Assembly: GCA_038245295.1 (NCBI GenBank)
Contig: JBBRSP010000003.1
Location: 224,001-288,000 of the forward strand
Direction of reading: 5' to 3'
Source of the DNA: Candidatus Binatia bacterium
GTDB lineage: Bacteria; Desulfobacterota; Binatia; HRBIN30
Length of the DNA stretch: 64,000 bases
In this document: in pieces, positions 28,917 through 38,800 of the stretch
Position numbering within the stretch: position 1 is the first letter of the stretch
How the letters are laid out: each line of letters starts with the position of its first letter
Position numbers and translations under genes: made by a program
Notes under the pieces: model-generated
What the model was told of the DNA's origin: nothing
What the model saw: the letters and a program-made list of their open reading frames with translations, nothing else
The model's database searches: none

Positions 28917-31570
28917 CGGTCGGCCAACATGATCAACCCGAAGCGCGCCGCTCCGCGGCGCCCATCGCGGGGCGTGTGGCATTCCTGGCGGGCGCTTTGC
29001 TCCTCGGGGCGCCACAGCACGCTGCGGTAGCCTACAACTGCAGCAGTACGCCGTGGCAAGCGATTTCGGTCGTCCTGAGCAACAACCTGACGCTAGCGAC
29101 GACGAGCTACGCGATCAGCACCACGGTGCCGGCGCTCGACGGCTGCGATCTGACCACCAACTCCACCGTAACCGTGGTCCTGCCCGAGGATACGGATGCG
29201 TCTACCGTCAGCGGCGGCACCCTCAACGGAAACGCGATCACGACGTCGTTTACGCATTTCGGCCAAACCGTGTCGTTCAAGTCGCCAGTAGCCGTCGCCA
29301 ACAACACCGCGGTCGATATCGTACTGATTACCGTCACCAATCCGAGTCTGCCCGGGGGAAAGACTCTGACCCTGGGCGCCACAGGCACGCAAAGCGGCGG
29401 GCCGATCGGCACCACCGTTTCGGGAACGTACACGCTAGTCCAGCCGTCACCCACGCCGTCGCGTACGCCGAGTCTAACCGGGACACCAACCCTGACGGCA
29501 ACCCGCACGCCGACGCTTACCGGAACACCAACGAACACCTTCCCGACCGCGACGCCGACGCAATCAGCGACTCTGACCCCGACGCCCGGCCTGTGTACCA
29601 GCGCCGGCGGAGTGAATCCGTGCGGTCGCGGCGGTGGGCCGAAGAATCGTGATTGCTACATGGAGTGGGCCGTGACGCCGGTGCCCGTGCCGGATCGAGG
29701 TGGTTTCCCGAAGAACAAGCAGGTCTGTTACGAGGGCGATCCGATCTGCGACGCGGACGCCAATCTAGGCAACAACAGCTGTACGTTCCGCGCCAAGCTG
29801 TGCATCAACAATCACGACCCGCGCTTGGCTTGCACGCCGGCCGGTCTGCGCACGTTCGAGGTGAAGTCACCGAATCCAAGCCACCTGCGCGACAGCGCGG
29901 ATAGCGCCAATCTGAGTGCTCTCGAATCGCAAGCCGGCGCTTCCAGTCTCGGCGTTACGGTCGTACGCAAGCTGACCCAGGTCTACGTCGGTACGACCAA
30001 TCTGCAAGGTGATGCCTGCGCGGCCACGATGGATCTCCAGGTTCCGCTACGGGTGAGCGCGACCGGTAAGGCGTCGCGGTCGACGCGCCGATTGTCGATC
30101 ATCGGTATAGCCGGCGATGGCACCAAGGATAAGGACGGCCTGAGTCTACAGTGCCGACCAAGCACCTGTGGTGACGGTATCATCCAGGCCGACCACGAGA
30201 CGTGTGATGATGGCAATCGCAACAACTTTGACGGCTGCGACCAGGGCTGCCACATCGAGCTGCCGACCCCGACGCCGAGTCTAACGGCGACCTCGACATA
30301 CACAGCGACGATTGCCGGGCCGAGCGCCACTCCCACAAACACGCCGCTGGCCAGCAGCACACCAACCGTGACGGCGACAGCAACGGTTACCGCGACGCAG
30401 GGCGCCGCGAGTTGCGGCAACGGCACCGTGGAAGCCGGCGAAGATTGTGACGACGGTGGCATCTGTGTCGGCGGCACCAACGCCGGTACCACCTGCACCG
30501 CCGAGGCGCAGTGCGCCGGCAACGGTATCTGCAACGGCGGGCTGAAGATCGGCGTCGTTTGTGGCGGCGACGTTGACTGCGGCAGCGGCGGGACATGTGT
30601 GCGTTGCAAGACATTTGGTGGCGATGGCTGCGCCGCCAATTGCACGGCGGAGACGATTGTTCCGTATCCGCTGGTCCCTGGGAATGTGAACAACCAGCAG
30701 ACTACGAGCACCGCGTTCGTAGCGGGTGAAGTCCTCAATTTGCCGTTGCTGCTCAGCGGCTCGCAGCAGCTGACCATTGGCAAGGAACGCAATGGTCAGA
30801 TCCCCGTCGTCGTAAAGGTGAGCTCGATTGTCCTACCGGCGATTCGTGTCGGCACCTTGGCTTGTGCGTGTGTGCGCGGCATCGAAGCCCGCAGCTGCGG
30901 GGGCAGCTTGTTCGACCTCGGCGGCACGACGCTCTCGGAGGACTGTACGTTTGTCGACAGTTGTATCGCCGACGGGAAACCGCCCTGTGTCGCGATTCAC
31001 GGTGCCGGTAACACCTCGTCCGGCGCCATAGGCTGCACCGGCCTCGCTGGAACCGACTTCTCGTTCATTCAGGATGCCGGTGGCACACCGGAGCCGCCGC
31101 CACCAACACCGCCGGCCGGCTCCGGTCAGCCGGTCATTACGCTGAGCTCCTCCGGCGGTCCGGGATCAGCCTTGATGTTGAACACACTGCGCATCGGCAA
31201 CGCACAGCCGCCGGCGCCACAAAATAACCCATGTGTTGTGACGGCAGGTGTCAAACCGGAGGTGTATGGCGCCGACGGCCGCTTCTGCAACGCCGATGAT
31301 CCGGACACGATTACCGCGCGTGGCTCGGCCAACACGTTGCCAGCATCGACCGGCACGGCAACGGCGCGCATCGACAACCACTACTACCCTACGACGATGA
31401 ATACCGGGACCCTTGGTCCTCTGACGCGCACCGGAGCACCGTTCAACTGCGCCAATCTGACGGCACCAACGCCGAGTGCGTCAGGGGCGCACATCGTCGG
31501 CGCGTTTACTTCGCTGAACCAGCCGGCGCTCGGCGATATCGTGGTGACCAACGGACTGATCGCGCAGTGA
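28913..31570 (+). CDS. Secreted Cys-rich multidomain protein (27591-like N-half + 24808-like C-half)
   Basis: ATGA overlap; YNCSSTPWQ...CHIELP then CGNG...GDIVVTNGLIAQ. Confidence 0.8.
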   Translation: MTVGQHDQPEARRSAAPIAGRVAFLAGALLLGAPQHAAVAYNCSSTPWQAISVVLSNNLTLATTSYAISTTVPALDGCDLTTNSTVTVVLPEDTDASTVSGGTLNGNAITTSFTHFGQTVSFKSPVAVANNTAVDIVLITVTNPSLPGGKTLTLGATGTQSGGPIGTTVSGTYTLVQPSPTPSRTPSLTGTPTLTATRTPTLTGTPTNTFPTATPTQSATLTPTPGLCTSAGGVNPCGRGGGPKNRDCYMEWAVTPVPVPDRGGFPKNKQVCYEGDPICDADANLGNNSCTFRAKLCINNHDPRLACTPAGLRTFEVKSPNPSHLRDSADSANLSALESQAGASSLGVTVVRKLTQVYVGTTNLQGDACAATMDLQVPLRVSATGKASRSTRRLSIIGIAGDGTKDKDGLSLQCRPSTCGDGIIQADHETCDDGNRNNFDGCDQGCHIELPTPTPSLTATSTYTATIAGPSATPTNTPLASSTPTVTATATVTATQGAASCGNGTVEAGEDCDDGGICVGGTNAGTTCTAEAQCAGNGICNGGLKIGVVCGGDVDCGSGGTCVRCKTFGGDGCAANCTAETIVPYPLVPGNVNNQQTTSTAFVAGEVLNLPLLLSGSQQLTIGKERNGQIPVVVKVSSIVLPAIRVGTLACACVRGIEARSCGGSLFDLGGTTLSEDCTFVDSCIADGKPPCVAIHGAGNTSSGAIGCTGLAGTDFSFIQDAGGTPEPPPPTPPAGSGQPVITLSSSGGPGSALMLNTLRIGNAQPPAPQNNPCVVTAGVKPEVYGADGRFCNADDPDTITARGSANTLPASTGTATARIDNHYYPTTMNTGTLGPLTRTGAPFNCANLTAPTPSASGAHIVGAFTSLNQPALGDIVVTNGLIAQ

Positions 31571-31609
31571 AATGGGCGAAAAAGTATGCGGATCGGACCG
31601 ATAAGTTGC

Positions 31610-31639
31610 TTGACAAAGGAGACACATGCCAAGTAGGTA
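31610..31639 (+). promoter_or_regulatory. Possible sigma70 promoter with long 5' leader for 31826
   Basis: Perfect TTGACA at 31610-15 in an AT-richer gap; the -10 match is weak. Confidence 0.35.
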
Positions 31640-31825
31640 CGACTCATTAATACACGGATGAGCAACCTAGGGAATTTCCCCGAAGGCTGTTCCTAAAGGG
31701 TTTCCGGCGCCGTTTCCCATTTAGAGCGGGACGTGACTCCGTTCGGCACGACGGAGAACACGGCGGTGCTGGATCACGAAGGCAGGTGCCGCAGCCATCA
31801 ACGTCTCACTTTAGGAGGGGACACT

Positions 31826-33478
31826 ATGCGAAGTTTTACCAGTAAGATGATCACAGGTGCGGTGCTTGGCGCGGTGGTCTTCCACGCCGGCCCGTCAATG
31901 GCAGCGCCGACATTCGACAAGTGCCAGGCCGCCCTGGAAAAGGCTACCAACGACCTGCGCAAGGCCACGATGGATACGTTGAAGTTGTGTGCCGACGCGA
32001 TTCGCAAGGAACAGGCCCTCAACGAGTTCGTCCCGCCAAAGGGTAAGCTGGCCAAGGCAGCCAATACCTGCCAGGGCAAGCTCGCCAAGGTTTTCGATCG
32101 CAACGGACTTTCCGGCACGACGTCGATCCAGAAGTTCAATGCGGCGATTGACAAGGCCTTCACGGCGCCTGCTGCTCCGAACCAGACGTGTAACGACACG
32201 TTCTTGGCTCGCCTTGGACACATGGTTAGCGGCGCGATCAACCAGGCCCCCGGTACGAACGACTGGGATTTTGCCAAGACATACCTTGCGGTTCAGACCG
32301 TCCGCAGCGCAGAGAATGAAATGACGGCGCAGGTGCGCGACTTCGTTAACGTGATCAACGCGGCTAAGAGCGCCCCGGCGGCTATCGGAACAGGCGTTGC
32401 AAATGCGGCCACCGATTGTACCCTCCCGACCAACTGCGACTACAAGCACACCAGCGGATGTCGGTCTGACCTCTGTGGCCTCGGCATCATGTGTCGCACG
32501 CACAGCTGCACGCTGAGCAACTCGGGCCCGGCCCCGGGTGCCAGCTTCTCGCAGGTGAACCTCGCGGCGTCGCCGTTGGCGCCCTTCGCCCTCATTGGTC
32601 GCAGCTCGTTTGAGATCTGCAGCCTCGAAGGGGAAAACTACCCGATCGGCGATACCGGCGATGGCTACTTGATCGTTGGCGGCCCGTCGAAACAGCTCGG
32701 CTCGGTCAACCTCCTCGGCAATACCATCTGTGTCGACACGATCGCCGCCGAAGGGTACTGCTCGGCGGGTGGTACGTTCAATGGTCACTCGAAGAACCTG
32801 ACGTTGTGCCAGGATCGCGTGACCAGCGATGCCGGGGGCATCGATGAGTGCGCTGGCGCCGACACGGGAGTGGGCGCGATCAGTGAAGCATCGTGTTTCT
32901 GTGACCTCGGCGGCGGCCTGATTGGTGCCGCTTGTGGCGCCGGCGTTGACTGCGGCACGGGCACATGCGGCGTTACCGCGACTGGCTCGAAATGTTTCGC
33001 CGGGACCAAGACCGGTACTGTCAAGCTCGCTGGCACCGGGTCGACTGTCTCGGGCGACTGTGTCGTCCTCAACTCCACCGCCTTCACAACCCTCGGGTCG
33101 ATGGCCGCCTTCGGTGCCGACATGACGGCCTGCACCAACGACGACGTCGCGGCTCCTGCGGCGGTGGCGACAACCCCGTTCACCTCCGGGACGGCGCAAG
33201 CGCACTTGCTGGATGCGGTCTCGGCGACGGGTAGCTGCACTACAAATGTCAACACCAACTGTATCGAGGATGCCAACTGTGGCGGTTCGGACACGTGTGA
33301 CGGTACGCAGTCGCTAGTCAACGACTTGGCGACGGCGGTCTTGGTGGGTGCGCCTCTCGCCTCGGTTGTCAACTTCGAAACCAGCAACCTGAGCGGCCTG
33401 ACCCTAGTCGGTGGCTTCCCTGCGGCCAACAGCGGCACGGGCGACTTGGTTACGGCGTTCAAGACGACCTGCCAGTAA
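31826..33478 (+). CDS. Secreted Cys-rich protein, candidate major surface/S-layer subunit
   Basis: TAGGAGGGG RBS, signal peptide, helical Lys/Ala N-domain, C-domain with FGADMTACTNDD...LVGGFPA..GTGDLVT. Confidence 0.75.
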   Translation: MRSFTSKMITGAVLGAVVFHAGPSMAAPTFDKCQAALEKATNDLRKATMDTLKLCADAIRKEQALNEFVPPKGKLAKAANTCQGKLAKVFDRNGLSGTTSIQKFNAAIDKAFTAPAAPNQTCNDTFLARLGHMVSGAINQAPGTNDWDFAKTYLAVQTVRSAENEMTAQVRDFVNVINAAKSAPAAIGTGVANAATDCTLPTNCDYKHTSGCRSDLCGLGIMCRTHSCTLSNSGPAPGASFSQVNLAASPLAPFALIGRSSFEICSLEGENYPIGDTGDGYLIVGGPSKQLGSVNLLGNTICVDTIAAEGYCSAGGTFNGHSKNLTLCQDRVTSDAGGIDECAGADTGVGAISEASCFCDLGGGLIGAACGAGVDCGTGTCGVTATGSKCFAGTKTGTVKLAGTGSTVSGDCVVLNSTAFTTLGSMAAFGADMTACTNDDVAAPAAVATTPFTSGTAQAHLLDAVSATGSCTTNVNTNCIEDANCGGSDTCDGTQSLVNDLATAVLVGAPLASVVNFETSNLSGLTLVGGFPAANSGTGDLVTAFKTTCQ

Positions 33479-33502
33479 GTCGAATCGTTTGTTCGCAATA
33501 CG

Positions 33503-33536
33503 AAGGGTGGTGGGGAGAGATCCCCACCACCCTTTT
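33503..33536 (+). terminator. Intrinsic terminator
   Basis: Perfect 14-bp stem aagggtggtgggga / tccccaccaccctt, GAGA loop, T-run. Confidence 0.88.
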
Positions 33537-33655
33537 GCGTGGTTCCCGTGAAATATATCAACGGTGTTGGTGCAATGATGGTGAAGTTCTTGCGCTGCGT
33601 TGCGTCCGAGCGCGGGGGCACATACTTGGTCGCTGGAAGGAGAAGCCTGAGCACA

Positions 33656-34213
33656 ATGTCGCATCGAGCACCGAGGAAATGGTCGCATCTGGCCGTATTG
33701 GGAGTCGTACTCTTGTGGAGCACGCAGCCGGTGCATGCCTTCGACGAGCCGACCGGGTATGGGAAGCTGCCGTTCCTGGCGAAAGAAGCGGAGATCAAGA
33801 AGACGTTTCCGAAGGCGACGTTGGTGGTTCCGTCCAAGGAGGTGCCCGATGGCACGCTCAAGCTGCCGGATCCTCCGTTCACCATGAATCACTACGAGAT
33901 GACCGGTGACTTCGGTCCCTTGAAGAACTGCAAGATCAACCTGCAGTGCTTCAAAGAGGTGTTCTATCAAGCCGGGGTCGTCTGCCCGCAGGATGCGGCG
34001 ACCGTCGAGAAGCACCTGCGCAGTCGCTTCGGCCCGCCGACGAAGACCCCCAAACCCAATATTCTCGAATGGTACGGCGATCGGACCCACGTCAGCTTCA
34101 ACAGCAAGGGCAACGCGTTTCTTATCGAGGATCTCAACACCAGCCTGAGCGCATCGCGGACGATTCAGGCCTATATCGCCAGCCAGGTGGGTGGCGGGGC
34201 GCCGCAACAATAG
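33656..34213 (+). CDS. Hypothetical exported protein (likely paralog of 23083..23598)
   Basis: Signal peptide ending VHA; PTGYGK.PF, L.SRFGPP. Confidence 0.72.
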   Translation: MSHRAPRKWSHLAVLGVVLLWSTQPVHAFDEPTGYGKLPFLAKEAEIKKTFPKATLVVPSKEVPDGTLKLPDPPFTMNHYEMTGDFGPLKNCKINLQCFKEVFYQAGVVCPQDAATVEKHLRSRFGPPTKTPKPNILEWYGDRTHVSFNSKGNAFLIEDLNTSLSASRTIQAYIASQVGGGAPQQ

Positions 34214-34226
34214 CGTGCTGCAGGTG

Positions 34227-35465
34227 ATGCGCAGCCACGCGGCGCGTTGGGTCGCTTCGTTCGTGCTCGGCACTGCCCTGGCGAGGCTGACAGGGTGCAG
34301 CGCCGTGCGGATGTCGCGCGCTGTTCTTTCCGCGACGGCGTTTGATTGCACCATCCTGGGGGACAACGAGATGGGACGTTCGGTTTACGGCGTGGCCGTC
34401 GGAGATTGGAACGAGGACGGCCGGCAAGACCTGGTGTTCAGCGCCGCGGAGACGCGTATCCTGACGCCCTACATCAACGACGGGGCAGGGAAGTTTACGC
34501 GACTAACCCCGGTGGTAACTAGCGCCGTGCCTCGCGGGATTGGGGTTGGCGATATCGATCACGACGGCCATCTCGACCTGAGTGTGGCGCACGCTCGAAA
34601 TAATGAAGTGTATGTGTATGTTGGCGACGGTCACGGCGGGTTCTTCAAGAAGGGTCGGTACCTCACCGGGGATAGCCCGTTCGATGCTCCACTCGCCGAT
34701 CTGGATGGCGACGGCAACCTCGACCTGGTGATCGTCAATGAGAGCAATGCCGATCAGTCGGGATTGGGCCGCGTCAGCGTGCTTTACGGAAAGGGCGATG
34801 GCACGTTCGGGCCGGCGCTGGATTTGCGGGCCGGTCACTATCCGGCGCACGCGGTAATAGCCGATTTCGACGGCGGCAATGGCCCCGACATCGCCGTCGC
34901 CAACTGGGATTCGGCGACCGTTGCGGTGTGGCTCAACGATGGAGCGCGGCAGTTCAAACTTGCCGCCGAGTTCAAGACCGGTGGCGATCTAGCCTACTCG
35001 ATCGCTGCCGGTGATTTCGATCGTGATGGACGGGTCGACCTAGCGGTGACCGACACACGGTTCGCGCGGGTTTATGTGTTCGGCGGCAACGGTGATGGGA
35101 CGTTCTCGCGTAAGCAGGTATTGTCGGCGGGCACAGGCGTGCGGAATGTCGTCGCGGCGGATCTGGACCGCGACGGATGGCTCGATCTGATTACGGCCAA
35201 CGTGTTCGATAACACCCTTTCGGTCTTCCGTGGCGGGCAGGGTGGCCAATTTGCCGCCGCTGACGTGATTCCCGTCGGACGCGGGCCGCGCATCACGCGG
35301 GTTGCCGAGTTCAACGGCGATGGTGTGCCGGACATCGTCGTCACCAACCAGAACGGCCCGAGCGCGACACTGTTGCTGAGCACGCCCGGCCATGGAAGAA
35401 GCTGCCCGGCGCTAGAGCACCGGGATGATCAATCTGGGGGCGATCCTCAGGCAAAGGAGAGGTGA
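34227..35465 (+). CDS. FG-GAP/VCBS repeat beta-propeller (possible lipoprotein)
   Basis: Seven GD(W/F/L)DxDGxxDL repeats; LTGC. Confidence 0.88.
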   Translation: MRSHAARWVASFVLGTALARLTGCSAVRMSRAVLSATAFDCTILGDNEMGRSVYGVAVGDWNEDGRQDLVFSAAETRILTPYINDGAGKFTRLTPVVTSAVPRGIGVGDIDHDGHLDLSVAHARNNEVYVYVGDGHGGFFKKGRYLTGDSPFDAPLADLDGDGNLDLVIVNESNADQSGLGRVSVLYGKGDGTFGPALDLRAGHYPAHAVIADFDGGNGPDIAVANWDSATVAVWLNDGARQFKLAAEFKTGGDLAYSIAAGDFDRDGRVDLAVTDTRFARVYVFGGNGDGTFSRKQVLSAGTGVRNVVAADLDRDGWLDLITANVFDNTLSVFRGGQGGQFAAADVIPVGRGPRITRVAEFNGDGVPDIVVTNQNGPSATLLLSTPGHGRSCPALEHRDDQSGGDPQAKER

Positions 35466-35471
35466 ACGAGT

Positions 35472-35870
35472 ATGCGTATGCGGATGATGATCGGTGCGGC
35501 CGTTCTTGTCGGGCTGAGCCACGCTGCGCTGGCGGCGGAGCCGAAGGTGTCCAAGAAGGGACCTGCCAAATCGGCGGTGGAAACTACGCTGCCGGACATT
35601 TTGAAGAAGCTGCTTCTCAGCATCGACGCCGATCCGGATTCGGGCGCGCCGCCGCTCAAGGTGAAGTTCACCGTGGATTTGTACGACGATGACCTGGACA
35701 AGCCGGCGTTCATCTGGAACTTCGGCGATGGCGGGACATCGAAGGAAAAGGAGCCGGTACACGTCTTCAAGAAGCCGGGCGACTACACGGTGACGCTTCG
35801 CATGGAAGATACACACGACCGGGTCGGCAATGCCGACATTTCCATCTCAGTCGCCGTACCCGAGGAATGA
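35472..35870 (+). CDS. Secreted PKD domain protein
   Basis: Signal peptide; G.PPL.VKF, WNFGDG, HVFKKPGDYTVTL. Confidence 0.88.
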   Translation: MRMRMMIGAAVLVGLSHAALAAEPKVSKKGPAKSAVETTLPDILKKLLLSIDADPDSGAPPLKVKFTVDLYDDDLDKPAFIWNFGDGGTSKEKEPVHVFKKPGDYTVTLRMEDTHDRVGNADISISVAVPEE

Positions 35871-35877
35871 CATCACG

Positions 35878-38800
35878 ATGGCGCCGCGCAAGCGCCAACG
35901 CGGTACCAAGGCGCAATCGGGCGGTGTACGTCTAGGAAAGGCGGGGAAGCGTGGTTGGCGCTCCCCGCCTTTCCTTTTATGTGCGTGCCTATTCGCCTCC
36001 GGTGTCGCGAGTTTGATGTTCGAGGTGGTCTGGACGCGCCAACTCCGCCTGGTTTTCGGGTCGACCAGTCTCGCGATTAGCACGACGCTGGCGGCCTACA
36101 TGATAGGGCTCGGGATTGGCGGGGTTGTTGCCGGCGGTTTGGCGGCGCGGTTGTCGAATCCGGGTCGCGCCTACGCGCTGATGGAGGCCGCGACAGGCGT
36201 CTACGCGCTGTGCGTCCCTTGGCTCATTCTTGGCGTAACGTCGATCGATACTGCGGGAGATGTCGAGAGCCGCTTTTGGCTGGCGGCGCTGTTGCGGTTT
36301 GTCGCTGCCTTGTTCGTGCTCCTTGTGCCCACGATGCTGATGGGCGCAAGTTTGCCTCTGCTTGTGGAGGCGGTGGTGCGCGACGAGGACGATGTCGGTG
36401 CTCCGACGGGCGTCCTCTACGGCATCAATACCCTTGGCGCCGTCTCGGGCGTGTTGGTGGCCACGTTTGTCCTGTTCCGCACCGTCGGCTTGGTTCGCAC
36501 CAGTTGGGTTGCCTCCGCCATCGACATCACGGTCGGACTAATCGCCCTGCTTTGCTTTGCGGATGCGCCAGCGCGCCACAACCCAGCAACAGCCGAACAG
36601 GGCTCTGGCGCCACACACAGATGGGACCGCACCCTGGCGCTTGCGGCGTATTCCCTGGTTGGGTTCACAGCGCTTTTGTTCGAGGTCACCTGGACCCGCC
36701 TGTTCAGCATGATCACCGGTTCGTCGGTCTACTCCTTCGCGACCATGCTTGCCGTGTTTCTGGCCGGGATCGCCGGTGGCAGTCTGCTGATCTCCCGCGT
36801 TCTGGCGCACCGCGATGATGCGTTGCGGACATGCGCGCAGGCGGCGGTGCTGCTGGCCTGCTCGGCGGCGTTCTCGTTCGCGGTGATTTCCTGGATTCCC
36901 GACCTGTACGCGCGCCTCGCTGTGGCATCACGACTGTCCACGATGGGAGTGCTCGGGAGTGGATTGCTTTGCGTCCTGTTGGTCATGCTGTTGCCGACGT
37001 TGATCCTTGGCGCGCTGTTTCCTCTCTTCGCGCGTGCCGTGGCAACGCTGCGCGGCGGCGCCGGTGAAGCCGTCGGAACCCTGGCATTTGCCAATAGCGT
37101 CGGTTCGGCTGTCGGGGCGTTTGCTACCGGCTTCGGCTTGATCCCGTTTTTCGGCATCGAGCGGACCATCGGAATCGGTCTTGCCACCGCCTTCCTGGTG
37201 GGTGCGGGCACTCATTGGCTGGCCGCACGCCGCCGCGGCGAGTCGGCGAGTTGGCAGCCGGTGGCGTGTGTGGTGGCGGCCGGGCTATGGATCATCGCCC
37301 CACCGCGATTGGATCAGGGCGCCCTGAGCCGCGGGGTCTTTCGGGATCCGGTCGAGTTTCTGAATGTCAGCGTCGCGCCGTTGCCTTTGCGTGGTGTTCC
37401 GCCGCCGCAGATCTTGTTCTATCAAGATGGCCTCAACACAACGGTTTCCGTGCATGCCAGCCGCGGCCAGCGCAGTCTCAAGGTGAACGGTAAGACTGAC
37501 GCGGGCACCGGTGCGGATATGTCGACGCAAGTCTTGCTCGGAGAGCTGCCGATGTTGTTTGGCCATCACGCCGACACGGCGCTGGTGATCGGTCTAGCTT
37601 CGGGCGTCACGGTTGGCTCCGTCGCTCTGCACGGGCCGCGGCAGGTTGATGTCGTCGAGCTCGAACCGGCGATGGCAGAGGCTTCGCATTACTTCGACGA
37701 GTACAATCATAGACCGCTTGAGAACCCATCGGTCAACCTCGTGACGGACGATGGTCGCACGTTCCTGGGGCGTCAGAGAGCGCGCTACGACGTCGTGATC
37801 TCGGAGCCCTCCAATCCATGGATGACCGGGGCGGCGAGCCTGTTTACGGAAGAATTCTTTGCGGCGGCCCGCAGCGCACTGAAGCCAGACGGACGACTTC
37901 TGCAATGGGTGCACCTCTACGCCATGCCCCGCGAAAGCCTCGCCTCCATCTTGGCGGCGCTGCGTAGCCAGTTCCCTTTTGTCTACGGCTTTACAGCCGA
38001 CCACGGATCGCTCGACCTCCTGCTGCTGGCGTCGCAGCAACCGATGGAACGAGCGGACCTGCCCGTCTGGGAAAATATCTCGCCCGCCGCGCGCGCCGAT
38101 CTCGCAAGGGTTGGGATCGGCTCGCGGGCCGAGTTGTTGAGTCTCCTGCGCTTGATGCCGGCGGATATCGCTACCCTCGCCGCGGCGGCGAGGACCGTAA
38201 ACACGGACGACAGCATGAGTGTGGAGTTGGATTCGCCGCTGGCACTGCACGATCGCCGCAGCGGCCAATCGAATTGGTCGGAGATCGAGCGCTTCAGCGA
38301 TGCCGCGACGACGCTGACGAATGATGAGAGTGGCCAGGCGCAGGTTGAGTTGGCTTTGGCATACCTCGAGCGCGGCGAACCGGCCTTGGCCACCCGCGCC
38401 GCGGCGGGCTTGACGGCAACTCCGGCCGGGGATGCTGTCGCCGCTCTGTCGCGGCTGCGGGAGGGTGAGGACGATACGGGCTTGCGTGACAGCGCCATCG
38501 ACGCTCTGGGGCGAGCTGCCGAGACGCACCCGCAAGCAACCGTACTTTACGCCAAGCGTGCCGCCTTGCTGTATGAGGCCGAGCGCTTCGATGAGGCAGC
38601 CTTGGCGATCAACCGCGCCATGGCGATTCGATCCGATGATCCCCGCAGCAGGTATCTGCGGCTTCAGATCAGACTTGCTCAGGGACAACTCGGCGGAGCC
38701 TGGGAAGATGCCGCGTCGTTGCTCGACTCGGCCTTTGGTGCGTACGAGCCTGGCCTCTGGCTCAATTTGTCCCGTGTGGCGCAGGCCCGGGGAGAGTTCA

